From: an uncultured Gammaproteobacteria bacterium
GTDB taxonomy: Bacteria; Pseudomonadota; Gammaproteobacteria; Eutrophobiales; Eutrophobiaceae
DNA: 64,000 nucleotides
Direction of reading: 5' to 3'
Assembly (NCBI GenBank): GCA_958295485.1
Contig: OY282354.1
Span: 2,812,042 to 2,876,041, forward strand
Within the stretch, counting starts at the first letter, position 1, and each line of letters begins with the position of its first letter. Shown one piece after another: positions 28,780-37,928 of this stretch. The notes below the pieces were generated by a model. That model saw nothing but the letters and a program-made list of their open reading frames with translations. It was not told the DNA's origin and did not search any database. Made by a program: the position numbers and the translations under genes.

Positions 28780-29547
28780 ACGCTTTTCCCAGGCCACTTG
28801 ATTTCGACGGGCGTCCTGTATGAACGGCGACAGCCGGATCAGTTGGAGCACGAGCCGGTTGAGCAACGAGCCGGGAAATTTCAACGGGCGCAGCACGTCT
28901 AAAAACAGCACCACCCGCATGCCATCCGTATTGTTTTGCACGCGATGTTTATAAGTGTCATCAAAAACGATGCACCTGCCCTCTTCCCATGCAGTTGACT
29001 TATCACCGACCTCTATCCAACAATCCTCCCGCGGTTCAGGGACGATCAAGGCCAGGTGGCAGCGCAACAACCCCTTGTAGGGACCCCGGTGCCTTGGTAT
29101 GTGTTTGCCCGGCGCCAGAACGGAAAAAAAAGCCGTGAACATGCCGGGTATGTTTTCGATGATCCGCGTCGTTTCGGGACATTCATTACAGTTGCCGGCC
29201 ATTTTATAGCCATAGCCGTAGAGAAAATAAGATTTCCATTTATCGTCCCGGGTGATATTAGTTTGATCCCGTGAGATGTCCTGAAAGTTCGGGATGCGTT
29301 CAGGGGCTTTCAGCAACCGGTCCAGCTCCTTGCGAATCACCTTCCAGTCGGACTCCAGCAAGTCAACCCAGGCAAATTCCGCGGGGGACAGGAAGGGGGT
29401 ATCGCCAACCGGTGAGAATTTAACTAAAATCCGCTCTATCCGTTTGATTATCCACAATCCCAGGGCCACGCTGATACGGTGCTTTTTCTTCCCCTTGCCG
29501 GGCGGCGGGGCTGGCGGCGGGACAGCGGGATTCATCCGATCCATCAT
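28768..29547 (-). CDS. aspartyl/asparaginyl beta-hydroxylase-family Fe(II)/2-oxoglutarate oxygenase (LpxO-like)
   Basis: Central HIPRHRGPYKGLLRCHLALIVPE block resembles the AspH/LpxO cupin core. 259 aa. The 3' ends of this gene and the cofD-like gene overlap convergently by 12 bp. Confidence 0.55.
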   Translation of the reverse strand: MMDRMNPAVPPPAPPPGKGKKKHRISVALGLWIIKRIERILVKFSPVGDTPFLSPAEFAWVDLLESDWKVIRKELDRLLKAPERIPNFQDISRDQTNITRDDKWKSYFLYGYGYKMAGNCNECPETTRIIENIPGMFTAFFSVLAPGKHIPRHRGPYKGLLRCHLALIVPEPREDCWIEVGDKSTAWEEGRCIVFDDTYKHRVQNNTDGMRVVLFLDVLRPLKFPGSLLNRLVLQLIRLSPFIQDARRNQVAWEKRLGA

Positions 29548-29569
29548 CTAATAAACCTGTCCCCGCGGG

Positions 29570-30529
29570 CTAACGTAAAACATCCCGCTTGACCAGGCGC
29601 CGGAATACCCGCCAGCCGAATAACAAGGGATGGCGTCGGAGCTCAGGGGTGATTTCGACGGCCACGTCGGTATGCCGGCGGATCTTCCAGGCGGCGTAAT
29701 CAACGCCGCTCTCAAACGTCAAGGCGGCTTTCATCAGCCTCAGGACGGACAATATACGCCCCTGCCGGCTGCGCAGAGACCACAGGAACAAGGCCTTCTT
29801 CCGGGCGGCGTCATCACGACGGCGCAAGTAACCGGTTTCATCATGCCGGCGCAATAAACCATCCAGCCCGGGCAATGCCGCAGCCGTCAACCTGGCATAG
29901 TCGTCCAAACCGGATCGGGCCAATCGGCTGGCTCTTGACTTGGATTCAGGCCGGTATTCCGCGGCATAGGACAGGGATAAGGCCCTGGTCCAAATCGCTT
30001 CGATGCTGTTAAGCTCATCTTCCAGGGTCGGGGTCGTGGTTTTCAGGAGGGTCAGCGCCGCCTGCGCCAGGGTCGCGTGAAGCTCATGCCGCACTTTTTC
30101 ATCCCGCGCGTAAAGTATCCGCGCCGGCTGGGAAAACCGCCCCCACAGGTAGGAATGGAACCAATTCAAGACCCCATTGTTAAAATCCGCCAAACTGATT
30201 ACGGCCGACTTGATCCGTATTAACCCGTTGCTGCCTGGTATTTCCCGGTAAAAGACGTTGGGCGGCAACCAGGCATTCAAATACGCAAGGTATGGTTTTT
30301 GATATATCTTTTTGTAGTCATCGACAATAACGTAAATATCGGCAACGTTGTTTTCAAGGTCTTCGTCCTTCAAACAGGAACCATAGAACAAAATTCCGAG
30401 GAGCGCATCACCGTATGATTCTTGAATTTCCCGGGGTATGGCCTGGTATGCCCGGGGTACGGTGGCGGCGCACTGTCGCCCCACGACGGCAACCAGTTCC
30501 GTGGGTAATTCCGGGGGGGCGTTTTTCAT
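29570..30529 (-). CDS. hypothetical protein; nucleotidyltransferase-fold candidate (Tam41/Mmp37-like CDP-diacylglycerol synthase family?)
   Basis: GILFYGSCLKDEDLENNVADIYVIVDDY fits a minimal NTase G-S...D.D signature, and NAWLPPNVFY resembles a block recalled from Tam41. The assignment is tentative. Confidence 0.3.
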   Translation of the reverse strand: MKNAPPELPTELVAVVGRQCAATVPRAYQAIPREIQESYGDALLGILFYGSCLKDEDLENNVADIYVIVDDYKKIYQKPYLAYLNAWLPPNVFYREIPGSNGLIRIKSAVISLADFNNGVLNWFHSYLWGRFSQPARILYARDEKVRHELHATLAQAALTLLKTTTPTLEDELNSIEAIWTRALSLSYAAEYRPESKSRASRLARSGLDDYARLTAAALPGLDGLLRRHDETGYLRRRDDAARKKALFLWSLRSRQGRILSVLRLMKAALTFESGVDYAAWKIRRHTDVAVEITPELRRHPLLFGWRVFRRLVKRDVLR

Positions 30530-30635
30530 GGCGGATGAGTACTTTATAATGATAGTCTTGTTGCAGCGCCGATAATTTTAATACAGGAAACTTCAATGCG
30601 CCACGTCCCCGGTTCAATAAAGTGAGGCTGTCAGC

Positions 30636-31532
30636 TTGAAAATCGCACACATTTCCGACCCCCACATGACGTCATTAGACGACGTTAAATGGCATGAATT
30701 ATTGAACAAACGCATTTTAGGCTATTTTTCATGGCGATTAAATCGGCGTAATTCGCACAGCGTTGAAATACTGTCCCACACGCTCGATGACCTGGCCCGG
30801 CGGCAACCCGACCACGTGATCATCAGCGGTGATCTCACTCACCTGGGCACGATAAATGAATGCCTGGAGGCCAGCGCCTGGTTAAACCGCACAGGCGCGC
30901 CTGAGCATATCTCAATCGTGCCGGGAAATCATGATTGCTACGTGGCCGCCGATTTCGATGCGACAATTGGCCGGTGGCTTGCCTACATGCAAGGCGACCC
31001 GAATGAAACGGACGCCGTTAATCGCTTTCCATACCTGCGCATTCGCGACCCGGTGGCGGTCATCGGCCTTTCAACCGCAGTCCCCACTGCGCCTTTCTTT
31101 GCCACGGGCAGGTTAGGCGCCGAACAACTGCAACGGCTGCATCACCTTCTTGAAACAACTGCGAACCGGGGCCTGTACCGCATTATCGTGCTGCATCACG
31201 GCCCGCAGCCCGGCGCCTCGGGCCATCGGCGGAGATTGGTGGACGCAGGGGAGTTTCTGTCAACCCTGGAGGAGGCCGGCGCGGAGCTGATCATCCACGG
31301 TCATGGACACCGGCAGGTTCACCAGATGTTAGAGTCAGGCGGTCGCTCAATACCGGTCTTCGGTGTCCCGTCGGCATCGGCTCATTACAGCAAGCCGGAA
31401 AAAAAGGCTGGCTATAACATTTACGAAGTGAACAAAACCCCGAACGGATGGCTGACTCAGGTTGAATCCTTTGTTCTTGACGATGCTGATCAGAAATTTG
31501 TAAAAAACTTCTCCCGAGTCTTCAAAACCTGA
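30636..31532 (+). CDS. calcineurin-like metallophosphoesterase
   Basis: IAHISDPH, ISGDLTHLG and VPGNHDCY metal-ligand motifs. Confidence 0.8.
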   Translation: MKIAHISDPHMTSLDDVKWHELLNKRILGYFSWRLNRRNSHSVEILSHTLDDLARRQPDHVIISGDLTHLGTINECLEASAWLNRTGAPEHISIVPGNHDCYVAADFDATIGRWLAYMQGDPNETDAVNRFPYLRIRDPVAVIGLSTAVPTAPFFATGRLGAEQLQRLHHLLETTANRGLYRIIVLHHGPQPGASGHRRRLVDAGEFLSTLEEAGAELIIHGHGHRQVHQMLESGGRSIPVFGVPSASAHYSKPEKKAGYNIYEVNKTPNGWLTQVESFVLDDADQKFVKNFSRVFKT

Positions 31533-31612
31533 CCAGACGTCGCAAAAATCCAGCGCTCCCACGGCGATGGCCCGTAGAACCTGCCCCGGCGGTTGTGATG
31601 CCTGATGTCTGG

Positions 31613-32674
31613 CTAAGCGACCCGTTGCAGCCACAGGCGGGCCGTCAATATCAGGATAAATCCGGGCGCCAACGCAACCAACGCATAGTTCAAGTCAAGT
31701 AATAATCCTGCATTGGATAAAATTTGATCCAGCAGGTATACGCACATCCCGGTGATGCCTGCCAACACCAGGCGATTGCCAAGCCCCGTCCGTATCGAGC
31801 CGAAGACAAAGGGCACTGACAACAACAACATGGCGATCATGATAAAACCAGCGCCTAATTTTCTCCAAAAGACCAGCGAAATCTCATCGTGTTGTTGCCC
31901 TGTTTGCTTCAGGTAACGAATATGCTGGTATAAATCCAGCGGCGACAAACTTTCTGTCGGCTTGGTCAAGGTGGTAACCTGGTCAGGGCTTAAAAAGGGC
32001 TGCCAGCTCACTTGCTTCATATGTTTCGTGTTCGCCTGAGAAACGTAGAATTCCTTCTTTGTTACGTTATTCAAGTTCCATTTTTCATCGCTGATTATTT
32101 CTGCATTCTCTGCATGCATATATTCGGAGAGCAAACCCTTCTCATCCATTTTAAAAATTTCTATGTCTTTCATGTAGGAAGCATGTATCGACTCTCCTAT
32201 TCTCAAAACATGATTTTCATCGCGCGTCCATATGCCCAGGTCCTCTCCCAATTCCGCGCTCTTGTTCAGCGCCTCCGAACGATAGGCGATCGCTTTCTGT
32301 TGCAATAAGGGCGCGCCAAATTGCTCCAGCAGAACCAACAGCGCCAACAAGCCTATGCCGACCTTGAATGATGCAAGACTGAGTTTCGCGGGAGACAGCC
32401 CGGCGGCGCGCATGGAAATAATTTCCGAATGAATCGCCAAGCGCCCCAGCGCAATCACGTTGCCAATCAGCGCGATAAACGGAAGTAGTTGAATTAGCCT
32501 CCTGGGGAGCAATAACAAGACAAAGTAGAACGCATCCTGCGTGCGATAATATCCCTCGCCAACGTCATCCAACTGCTCAATCAGGTCCAAAAAGCTGAAA
32601 AGGGGTAGTAAAACAGCCGCCGCGATTAATAATCCCTGGCCAATCTGCCGCATCAGGTATTTTTCAATTATCAT
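31613..32674 (-). CDS. lptG: LPS export ABC transporter permease LptG
   Basis: YjgP/YjgQ-family permease. The start (MIIEKYLMRQ...) overlaps the lptF stop in an ATGA arrangement. Confidence 0.75.
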   Translation of the reverse strand: MIIEKYLMRQIGQGLLIAAAVLLPLFSFLDLIEQLDDVGEGYYRTQDAFYFVLLLLPRRLIQLLPFIALIGNVIALGRLAIHSEIISMRAAGLSPAKLSLASFKVGIGLLALLVLLEQFGAPLLQQKAIAYRSEALNKSAELGEDLGIWTRDENHVLRIGESIHASYMKDIEIFKMDEKGLLSEYMHAENAEIISDEKWNLNNVTKKEFYVSQANTKHMKQVSWQPFLSPDQVTTLTKPTESLSPLDLYQHIRYLKQTGQQHDEISLVFWRKLGAGFIMIAMLLLSVPFVFGSIRTGLGNRLVLAGITGMCVYLLDQILSNAGLLLDLNYALVALAPGFILILTARLWLQRVA

Positions 32675-33741
32675 CCAAAAACTTTTCTCTTGAACCCCGG
32701 GGAAAGAAATACAAGAACGACTGCCACCATCAAAAGATGCAACCACCAAATACCAGGAAATTCATCAACCGCGCCTTGTTCCACCCAGGTCCGGGCGACG
32801 CCACTGAGGTTATAGTAAACCGCGAATATCAAGGCAGCCATAAAGGCTTTTTCATTTTTCCCCTGCCTGGGTGATGAGCGACTCAGCGGAATGGCAATCA
32901 GCGCAAGCAATATGGTTACTATGGGCCTGGACAGCCTCCATTGGACTTCTGCAATATCCGACGGGATATCGGAATCGAGCAAGCTGGAAGTCGCTGCCGC
33001 TTTACGCTTATACCCGATACTGATCGCAAGATCTTCCTGGAACTTGACCAGCTTATCAAAATCAACCAGCTCATCGTCCGCCGAATTCCGCTTCAACTTG
33101 TACAGGCGACCATCCTTCAAATGCACTTGAAGTCCCTGGCCATCCTCCCCTTGGCGCTGGTTCGCGGTCACGGCCATGATGATTTCACTGTTGTTTCCAT
33201 TACGCGTGTAATGAAACACGTTGGATACCTCGCTGGTTGCTTCAGCCTTGTCATTAACGTAAACAACGGCGCCGGTTTCTTCGTTGCCATAAAACCGGCC
33301 CGGCTGAAACCGGTCGATGTTCAAATCGGCATTTGCCCTGGCATCAAGAATATAACTGCTCTCGTATGCCCAAGGCCGTCCTTGCAAAGAAAGCGCCCCT
33401 ACCACCATGCCGATTGGCACGGCAATGATAACTATTGAATGAATGATATGCTTGTCACCGCCGCCGGCCGCCTGCAAGGCGACTATCTCCTGGTCACGGT
33501 GCAACCTGCCTAATCCCATCACTATGGAAACATAAAGAGCGACAGGGATTAAAACTTCGAGGGCTATAAACGTCTTTAATAAAATCAATTTGAACATGAA
33601 ATAGATGCCCAGGGTCTCAGCAACCGCTTCCGCCAGGTATCTTGCGCTGCTAAAGCAGGCAAACAAGGCGACTAAAATGATTAATACGAAGCTGAAGGGC
33701 TTGAGTACTTCGAAGATGATATAACGTTCGATATTGGCCAT
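32671..33741 (-). CDS. lptF: LPS export ABC transporter permease LptF
   Basis: YjgP/YjgQ-family permease with an N-terminal MANIERYIIFEVLKPF and a periplasmic beta-jellyroll insert. Paired with lptG. Confidence 0.75.
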   Translation of the reverse strand: MANIERYIIFEVLKPFSFVLIILVALFACFSSARYLAEAVAETLGIYFMFKLILLKTFIALEVLIPVALYVSIVMGLGRLHRDQEIVALQAAGGGDKHIIHSIVIIAVPIGMVVGALSLQGRPWAYESSYILDARANADLNIDRFQPGRFYGNEETGAVVYVNDKAEATSEVSNVFHYTRNGNNSEIIMAVTANQRQGEDGQGLQVHLKDGRLYKLKRNSADDELVDFDKLVKFQEDLAISIGYKRKAAATSSLLDSDIPSDIAEVQWRLSRPIVTILLALIAIPLSRSSPRQGKNEKAFMAALIFAVYYNLSGVARTWVEQGAVDEFPGIWWLHLLMVAVVLVFLSPGFKRKVFG

Positions 33742-33845
33742 GCGCTGTCCGGCTGAATTTTACGGATGCCGATTTTATCCATATCCTGTAACATGCCGGA
33801 TTGTATTATAAATTCCGTTAAACTTCCCGAAAGAAACAAACATCC

Positions 33846-34592
33846 ATGGTTAACGCGATTATATTGAGCGCGGGACAGGGCAAAAGGCTGCTGCCCCTGA
33901 CGGAAACGCGCCCCAAGTGCATGCTTCCCGTCGCCGGAAAAACGATATTGGAATGGCAAATTCATTCATTACTGGAAGCGGACATCGACAAGCTGTTTAT
34001 CGTCACCGGGTTCAATACGGAGCTTGTTGAAGAGCATATCAACAAGCAATTCAGCGATGACCTGGCAAGGTTGAATATCATATTCAATCCCTTTTATAAC
34101 GTATCCGATAACCTGGCCAGTTGCTGGATGGCTGGTCATGCAATGGATGAAGATTTCATTTTATTAAACGGCGATACACTCTTCGAACCATTATTATTGG
34201 ACACCGTCCTTAATTCACCTTCCTGGCCGGTCACCTTGACTATCGACTATAAAGATGGTTACGACGATGACGATATGCGGGTCGAACTGCATGCTTCCAT
34301 GGTGAAATCTGTCAGTAAAGCATTAACGGACGAGCAAACCCATGCAGAATCCATCGGCCTGCTGTATTTTCGTGAAAACGGGCCAGCCTTGTTCCATGAC
34401 CATTTGAACCGGCAAATGAAAAAAAATGATGGCTTGAAGTTATGGTTTTTAAGCGTGGTCGATTTATTGGCCGGGCAATCCCTGGTGCGCCCCTGCAGCA
34501 TAAACGGTCATCGCTGGCGCGAAATCGATTTCAAAAAAGATCTGGACTCGGCAGAAAACATCGTTCTTCCCCGGATACAGCCAACTGCCTGA
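33846..34592 (+). CDS. sugar-phosphate/phospho-alcohol nucleotidyltransferase (LicC / CTP:phosphocholine cytidylyltransferase-like NTP-transferase)
   Basis: N-terminal NAIILSAGQGKRLLPLT motif and LNGDTLF block. 248 aa. Confidence 0.6.
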   Translation: MVNAIILSAGQGKRLLPLTETRPKCMLPVAGKTILEWQIHSLLEADIDKLFIVTGFNTELVEEHINKQFSDDLARLNIIFNPFYNVSDNLASCWMAGHAMDEDFILLNGDTLFEPLLLDTVLNSPSWPVTLTIDYKDGYDDDDMRVELHASMVKSVSKALTDEQTHAESIGLLYFRENGPALFHDHLNRQMKKNDGLKLWFLSVVDLLAGQSLVRPCSINGHRWREIDFKKDLDSAENIVLPRIQPTA

Positions 34593-34646
34593 ATCCCCCC
34601 TTGCCGGCCCCATCATCCATCGTAACAGGCATCGCCTGACACCGGG

Positions 34647-37460
34647 TCAGGAGAACAGGAAGTCTCCCGCGTCCAGGTCGGCAATATCGAAATTCTCAAG
34701 CCGGATCGTTCCCCCGCCATGGGCCACCAAGTCGATTGTAACACCGCCCGAGCCGGACGATACGACGAGTTCATCAAAGCCCGACAGACCAAAGGCGCTG
34801 AGGTCGATCAGGTTATCACCATCGGTAAAGTCGGCAATGACATCGTCGCCATGTCCAAAATCGAATATGAATACGTCGTCACCGCCCCTGCCCAAGAGCC
34901 TGTCATTGCCGCCACCACCGGACAGCCGGTTAGCGCCGTCGTCACCCCCCAGCACGTCCCCGTAGCCAGACCCCAGCACGTTCTCAAAGTTAACAATTAC
35001 ATCGCCTTCCGCATCGCCTCTCTTTACCGTGCCCTCTGACAGGTACACTATTACCCCCCGGTCCGACCCCGCATAGGACACCGTGTCCACGCCCGCGCCG
35101 CCGAACAGCTGGTCTGCGCCCGCGCCCCCTTCCAGCATATCGTCACCGGCCCCACCCAAGAGCCGGTCATTGCCGCCACCACCGGACAGCCGGTTGGCGC
35201 CGTCGTCACCCCCCAGCACGTCCCCGTGAACAGACCCCAGCACGTTCTCAAAGTTAACAATCACATCGCCCTGCGCATCGCCTCTCTTTACCGTGCCCTC
35301 CGACAGGTACACTGTTACCCCCCGGTCCGACCCCGCATAGGACACCGTGTCCACGCCCGCGCCGCCGAACAGCTGGTCTGCGCCCGCACCCCCTTCCAGC
35401 ATATCGTCACCGGCCGCGCCCAAGAGCCTGTCATTGCCGCCACCACCGGACAGCCGGTTGGCGCCGTCGTCACCCCCCAACACGTCCCTGTGAACAGACC
35501 CCAGCACGTTCTCAAAGTTAACAATCACATCGCCCTGCGCATCGCCTCGCTTTACCGTGCCCTCCGACAGGTACACGATTACCCCCAGGTCCGACCCCGC
35601 ATAGGACACCGTGTCCACGCCCGCGCCGCCAAGCAACCGGTCCGCGCCGGCGCCCCCGTCTAACATGTCATCACCATCGCCACCGGACAGCCGATTGGCG
35701 CTGCCATCACCCCCCAGTACATCCTCGTAACCAGATCCCAGCACGTTCTCAACGTCAACAATCACATCACCCTCGGCATGACCACCCTCTCCCGTGCCTG
35801 CCTCGAGATCCACCATCACCGCTCCGTCCGAACTACTATAGGACACCGTGTCTACGCCAGCGCCGCCAAGCAGCCGGTCCGCGCCCGCGCCCCCCTCCAG
35901 CACGTCGTCGCCACCCCTGCCCGAGAGATTGTCATTGCCACCACCACCGGACAGCCGGTTGGCGCCGTCGTCACCTTCCAAAACATCCTCATATCCAGAC
36001 CCCAGCACGTTCTCAACATCCACAATCACATCACCCTCGGCGTGACCACCCTCTCCCGTGCCCGTCTCGAGATCCACCGTCACTGCCTCGTCCGACCCAC
36101 TATAGGACACCGTGTCCATGCCCGCGCCGCCGTCCAGCTGGTCCGCGCCAACGCCCCCCTCCAACACGTCGGCGCCACCCCTGCCCGAGAGATTGTCATT
36201 GCCGCCACCACCGGACAGCCGATTGTCGTCGTCGTCACCCCCCAGCACGTCCCCGTAACCAGACCCCTGCACGTTCTCAACATCCACAATCACATCACCC
36301 TCCGCATGGCCTCCCGCCACTGTGCCCGTCTCAAGGTCCACTGTCACCGCTTCGTCCGACCCGCTATATAACACCGTGTCAGCGCCAAGACCACCCTCCA
36401 ACCGGTCGGCGCCGGCGCCCCCCTCCAACACGTCGTCACCGCCATTACCCCACAACTCATCATTGCCCGCGCCCCCCACCAGACGATTCACAACAGCATT
36501 GCCAATTATCCTGTCGTTGCCAGACCCGGCAATGACATTCTCAATCCAGGTATCACGCGCAATCACCACGTTGCCAACGAAGCCGTAAACATCCGAAATG
36601 CCCTCCGGACGCAAGTCAATCCGCTGGTCAAAGATATCCGTGCGCCCGTCCAGCGTGTCGCTGCCACCCGTGTCGTAGATCGTCAGCGTCACCGGCCAGT
36701 CAAGAGAAAAGTCCTCGGTCACCTGTGCAAAAAGCTGACCGAGGTAACCACCCACGTTGGATTCGTAACCATAGACGGTATCGCCGGCATTGATGTCAGT
36801 GGGCGCCCCATAGAGATTCTGGATCGCGATGATGTCCGCGATCATCGGTGTAACGACGTAAGCATAGCTCGCATTGATGTAGGTGTTCTCGGTCTGGCTG
36901 AAGTAGGACATGACCGTCGCTTGCCAGGAGTCGCCCGGGAATATGTTGTCGGCGCCGTAGGCGCCAGAACTGTTATAGGGCCCCGCGTGGCCCAGGCCGA
37001 GCGCGTGACCGATCTCGTGGATGTAGGTGGAGAAGCTGTAACTGTCAATTGTTGAGCCGTTGGCATCAAGCCAGTTCGTCGAGACATTGACGTGCGAGGA
37101 AATGATTTGGCTGCCCGACCAACTCGTGGATGCAAAGGCGCCTTCTTCTGCATCATCGAAGGTGATGTCGGCATCACCCCTCACGAACCGGAAGTCGATG
37201 TCGGTGACGTTAGTCCAGGCCTCCAGCGCCCAACGGGCAAGCTGCTGGCCTGCGGCGGTCAGACCGGTGATGTCGGCGTTCAGCGTACCGCCGGGCGCCA
37301 CGTCGAAGGCGTGACGGGAACCGCCATCCCACTCCCAATAACCGTCGGCCAGGTAGTCGGCAATTTGATCATAGTTGACTTTGGGGGGTTCGTTTCCCCC
37401 TGATGATTGGGTTTCAGCGCCCGTCACCGCCACGCCGTGATTGCTTTTCGGAATTGTCAT
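34647..37460 (-). CDS. secreted serralysin-family (M10B) zinc metalloprotease with an extended RTX calcium-binding repeat region and a C-terminal T1SS signal
   Basis: HEIGHALGLGH zinc motif plus ATVMSY Met-turn. Dozens of GGxGxDxL nonapeptides sit in about 7 tandem 88-aa modules. The acidic C-terminus is ...DLDAGDFLFS. Confidence 0.9.
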   Translation of the reverse strand: MTIPKSNHGVAVTGAETQSSGGNEPPKVNYDQIADYLADGYWEWDGGSRHAFDVAPGGTLNADITGLTAAGQQLARWALEAWTNVTDIDFRFVRGDADITFDDAEEGAFASTSWSGSQIISSHVNVSTNWLDANGSTIDSYSFSTYIHEIGHALGLGHAGPYNSSGAYGADNIFPGDSWQATVMSYFSQTENTYINASYAYVVTPMIADIIAIQNLYGAPTDINAGDTVYGYESNVGGYLGQLFAQVTEDFSLDWPVTLTIYDTGGSDTLDGRTDIFDQRIDLRPEGISDVYGFVGNVVIARDTWIENVIAGSGNDRIIGNAVVNRLVGGAGNDELWGNGGDDVLEGGAGADRLEGGLGADTVLYSGSDEAVTVDLETGTVAGGHAEGDVIVDVENVQGSGYGDVLGGDDDDNRLSGGGGNDNLSGRGGADVLEGGVGADQLDGGAGMDTVSYSGSDEAVTVDLETGTGEGGHAEGDVIVDVENVLGSGYEDVLEGDDGANRLSGGGGNDNLSGRGGDDVLEGGAGADRLLGGAGVDTVSYSSSDGAVMVDLEAGTGEGGHAEGDVIVDVENVLGSGYEDVLGGDGSANRLSGGDGDDMLDGGAGADRLLGGAGVDTVSYAGSDLGVIVYLSEGTVKRGDAQGDVIVNFENVLGSVHRDVLGGDDGANRLSGGGGNDRLLGAAGDDMLEGGAGADQLFGGAGVDTVSYAGSDRGVTVYLSEGTVKRGDAQGDVIVNFENVLGSVHGDVLGGDDGANRLSGGGGNDRLLGGAGDDMLEGGAGADQLFGGAGVDTVSYAGSDRGVIVYLSEGTVKRGDAEGDVIVNFENVLGSGYGDVLGGDDGANRLSGGGGNDRLLGRGGDDVFIFDFGHGDDVIADFTDGDNLIDLSAFGLSGFDELVVSSGSGGVTIDLVAHGGGTIRLENFDIADLDAGDFLFS
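34850..36420. repeat. about 7 tandem 264-bp near-identical repeats inside the RTX protease gene
   Basis: The nested reverse-frame ORFs MLTLRTCWGL... recur with ends at 34996, 35260 and 35524 (period 264). Protein modules DTVSY.GSD..V.V.L..GT...GDA.GDVIV..ENVLGS...DVLGGDDGANRLSGGGGND repeat almost verbatim. Confidence 0.8.
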
Positions 37461-37479
37461 GTCTCTTTCCTCTTTACCG

Positions 37480-37917
37480 TCAGAAGACGGGATAGCTCAC
37501 TTTCAAAAGACCCCGGACGAATTGCTGGTAAGCGCTCGGACCCAGCGGCGCATCCATGCCCCAGATCTCGACGGGTGGACCTGTCGTCCGGCCCGCGCCG
37601 CTTTTCTGCCCTGCCACCCCCCAGGTTAAACGCCCCTCCCAGCTATGGGGCTCAGTGCGTAGCACCTCGAGCACAATGTCTCGCGCCCCCGCAGGATAGG
37701 GTTCGGACTGAACGCGCCGCTGAACCACGCGGCCTGGCTCTCGCTCGCTGAGTTCTGCTTCGAGTACGGCGCAAAGCTCCGTAACAACCGCCTCGTCAGT
37801 ATTTGTCTCGCCATGGCAGGATAACACAATCGGCGTCGCATCCCCCCACGCCGCTAGCGCCATCCCCAAGACAAGGCCGGCGCCCAGAAACTGTGTCCGT
37901 GAGGGAAGCCTATTCAC
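37480..37917 (-). CDS. small secreted protein of unknown function; candidate cognate periplasmic protease inhibitor
   Basis: 145 aa with a signal peptide (LGAGLVLGMALAAWG) and two Cys. It ends 19 bp before the RTX protease start and is co-oriented with it. No confident similarity to AprI/Inh was recognised. Confidence 0.35.
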   Translation of the reverse strand: MNRLPSRTQFLGAGLVLGMALAAWGDATPIVLSCHGETNTDEAVVTELCAVLEAELSEREPGRVVQRRVQSEPYPAGARDIVLEVLRTEPHSWEGRLTWGVAGQKSGAGRTTGPPVEIWGMDAPLGPSAYQQFVRGLLKVSYPVF

Positions 37918-37928
37918 GACTGGTTCGG

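Noticed and set aside
35226-36371. Plus-strand ORFs of 145 and 197 aa (and several 62-69 aa MLTLRTCWGL... ORFs) inside the RTX protease gene
   Set aside because: These are antisense or out-of-frame artefacts of the GC-rich, highly repetitive RTX coding sequence. The minus-strand 937-aa ORF with protease and RTX motifs explains the region.
34850-36420. Tandem 264-bp repeats considered as a possible CRISPR array or VNTR outside genes
   Set aside because: The repeats are in-frame coding modules of the RTX protease (88 aa each) with no spacer/repeat alternation, so they are not CRISPR.
37480-37917. Calling the small secreted protein an AprI/Inh serralysin inhibitor outright
   Set aside because: None of the sequence hallmarks I recall for AprI/Inh (N-terminal SxxLxSAxxLAGxW trunk) are visible. 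It is kept only as a context-based candidate.
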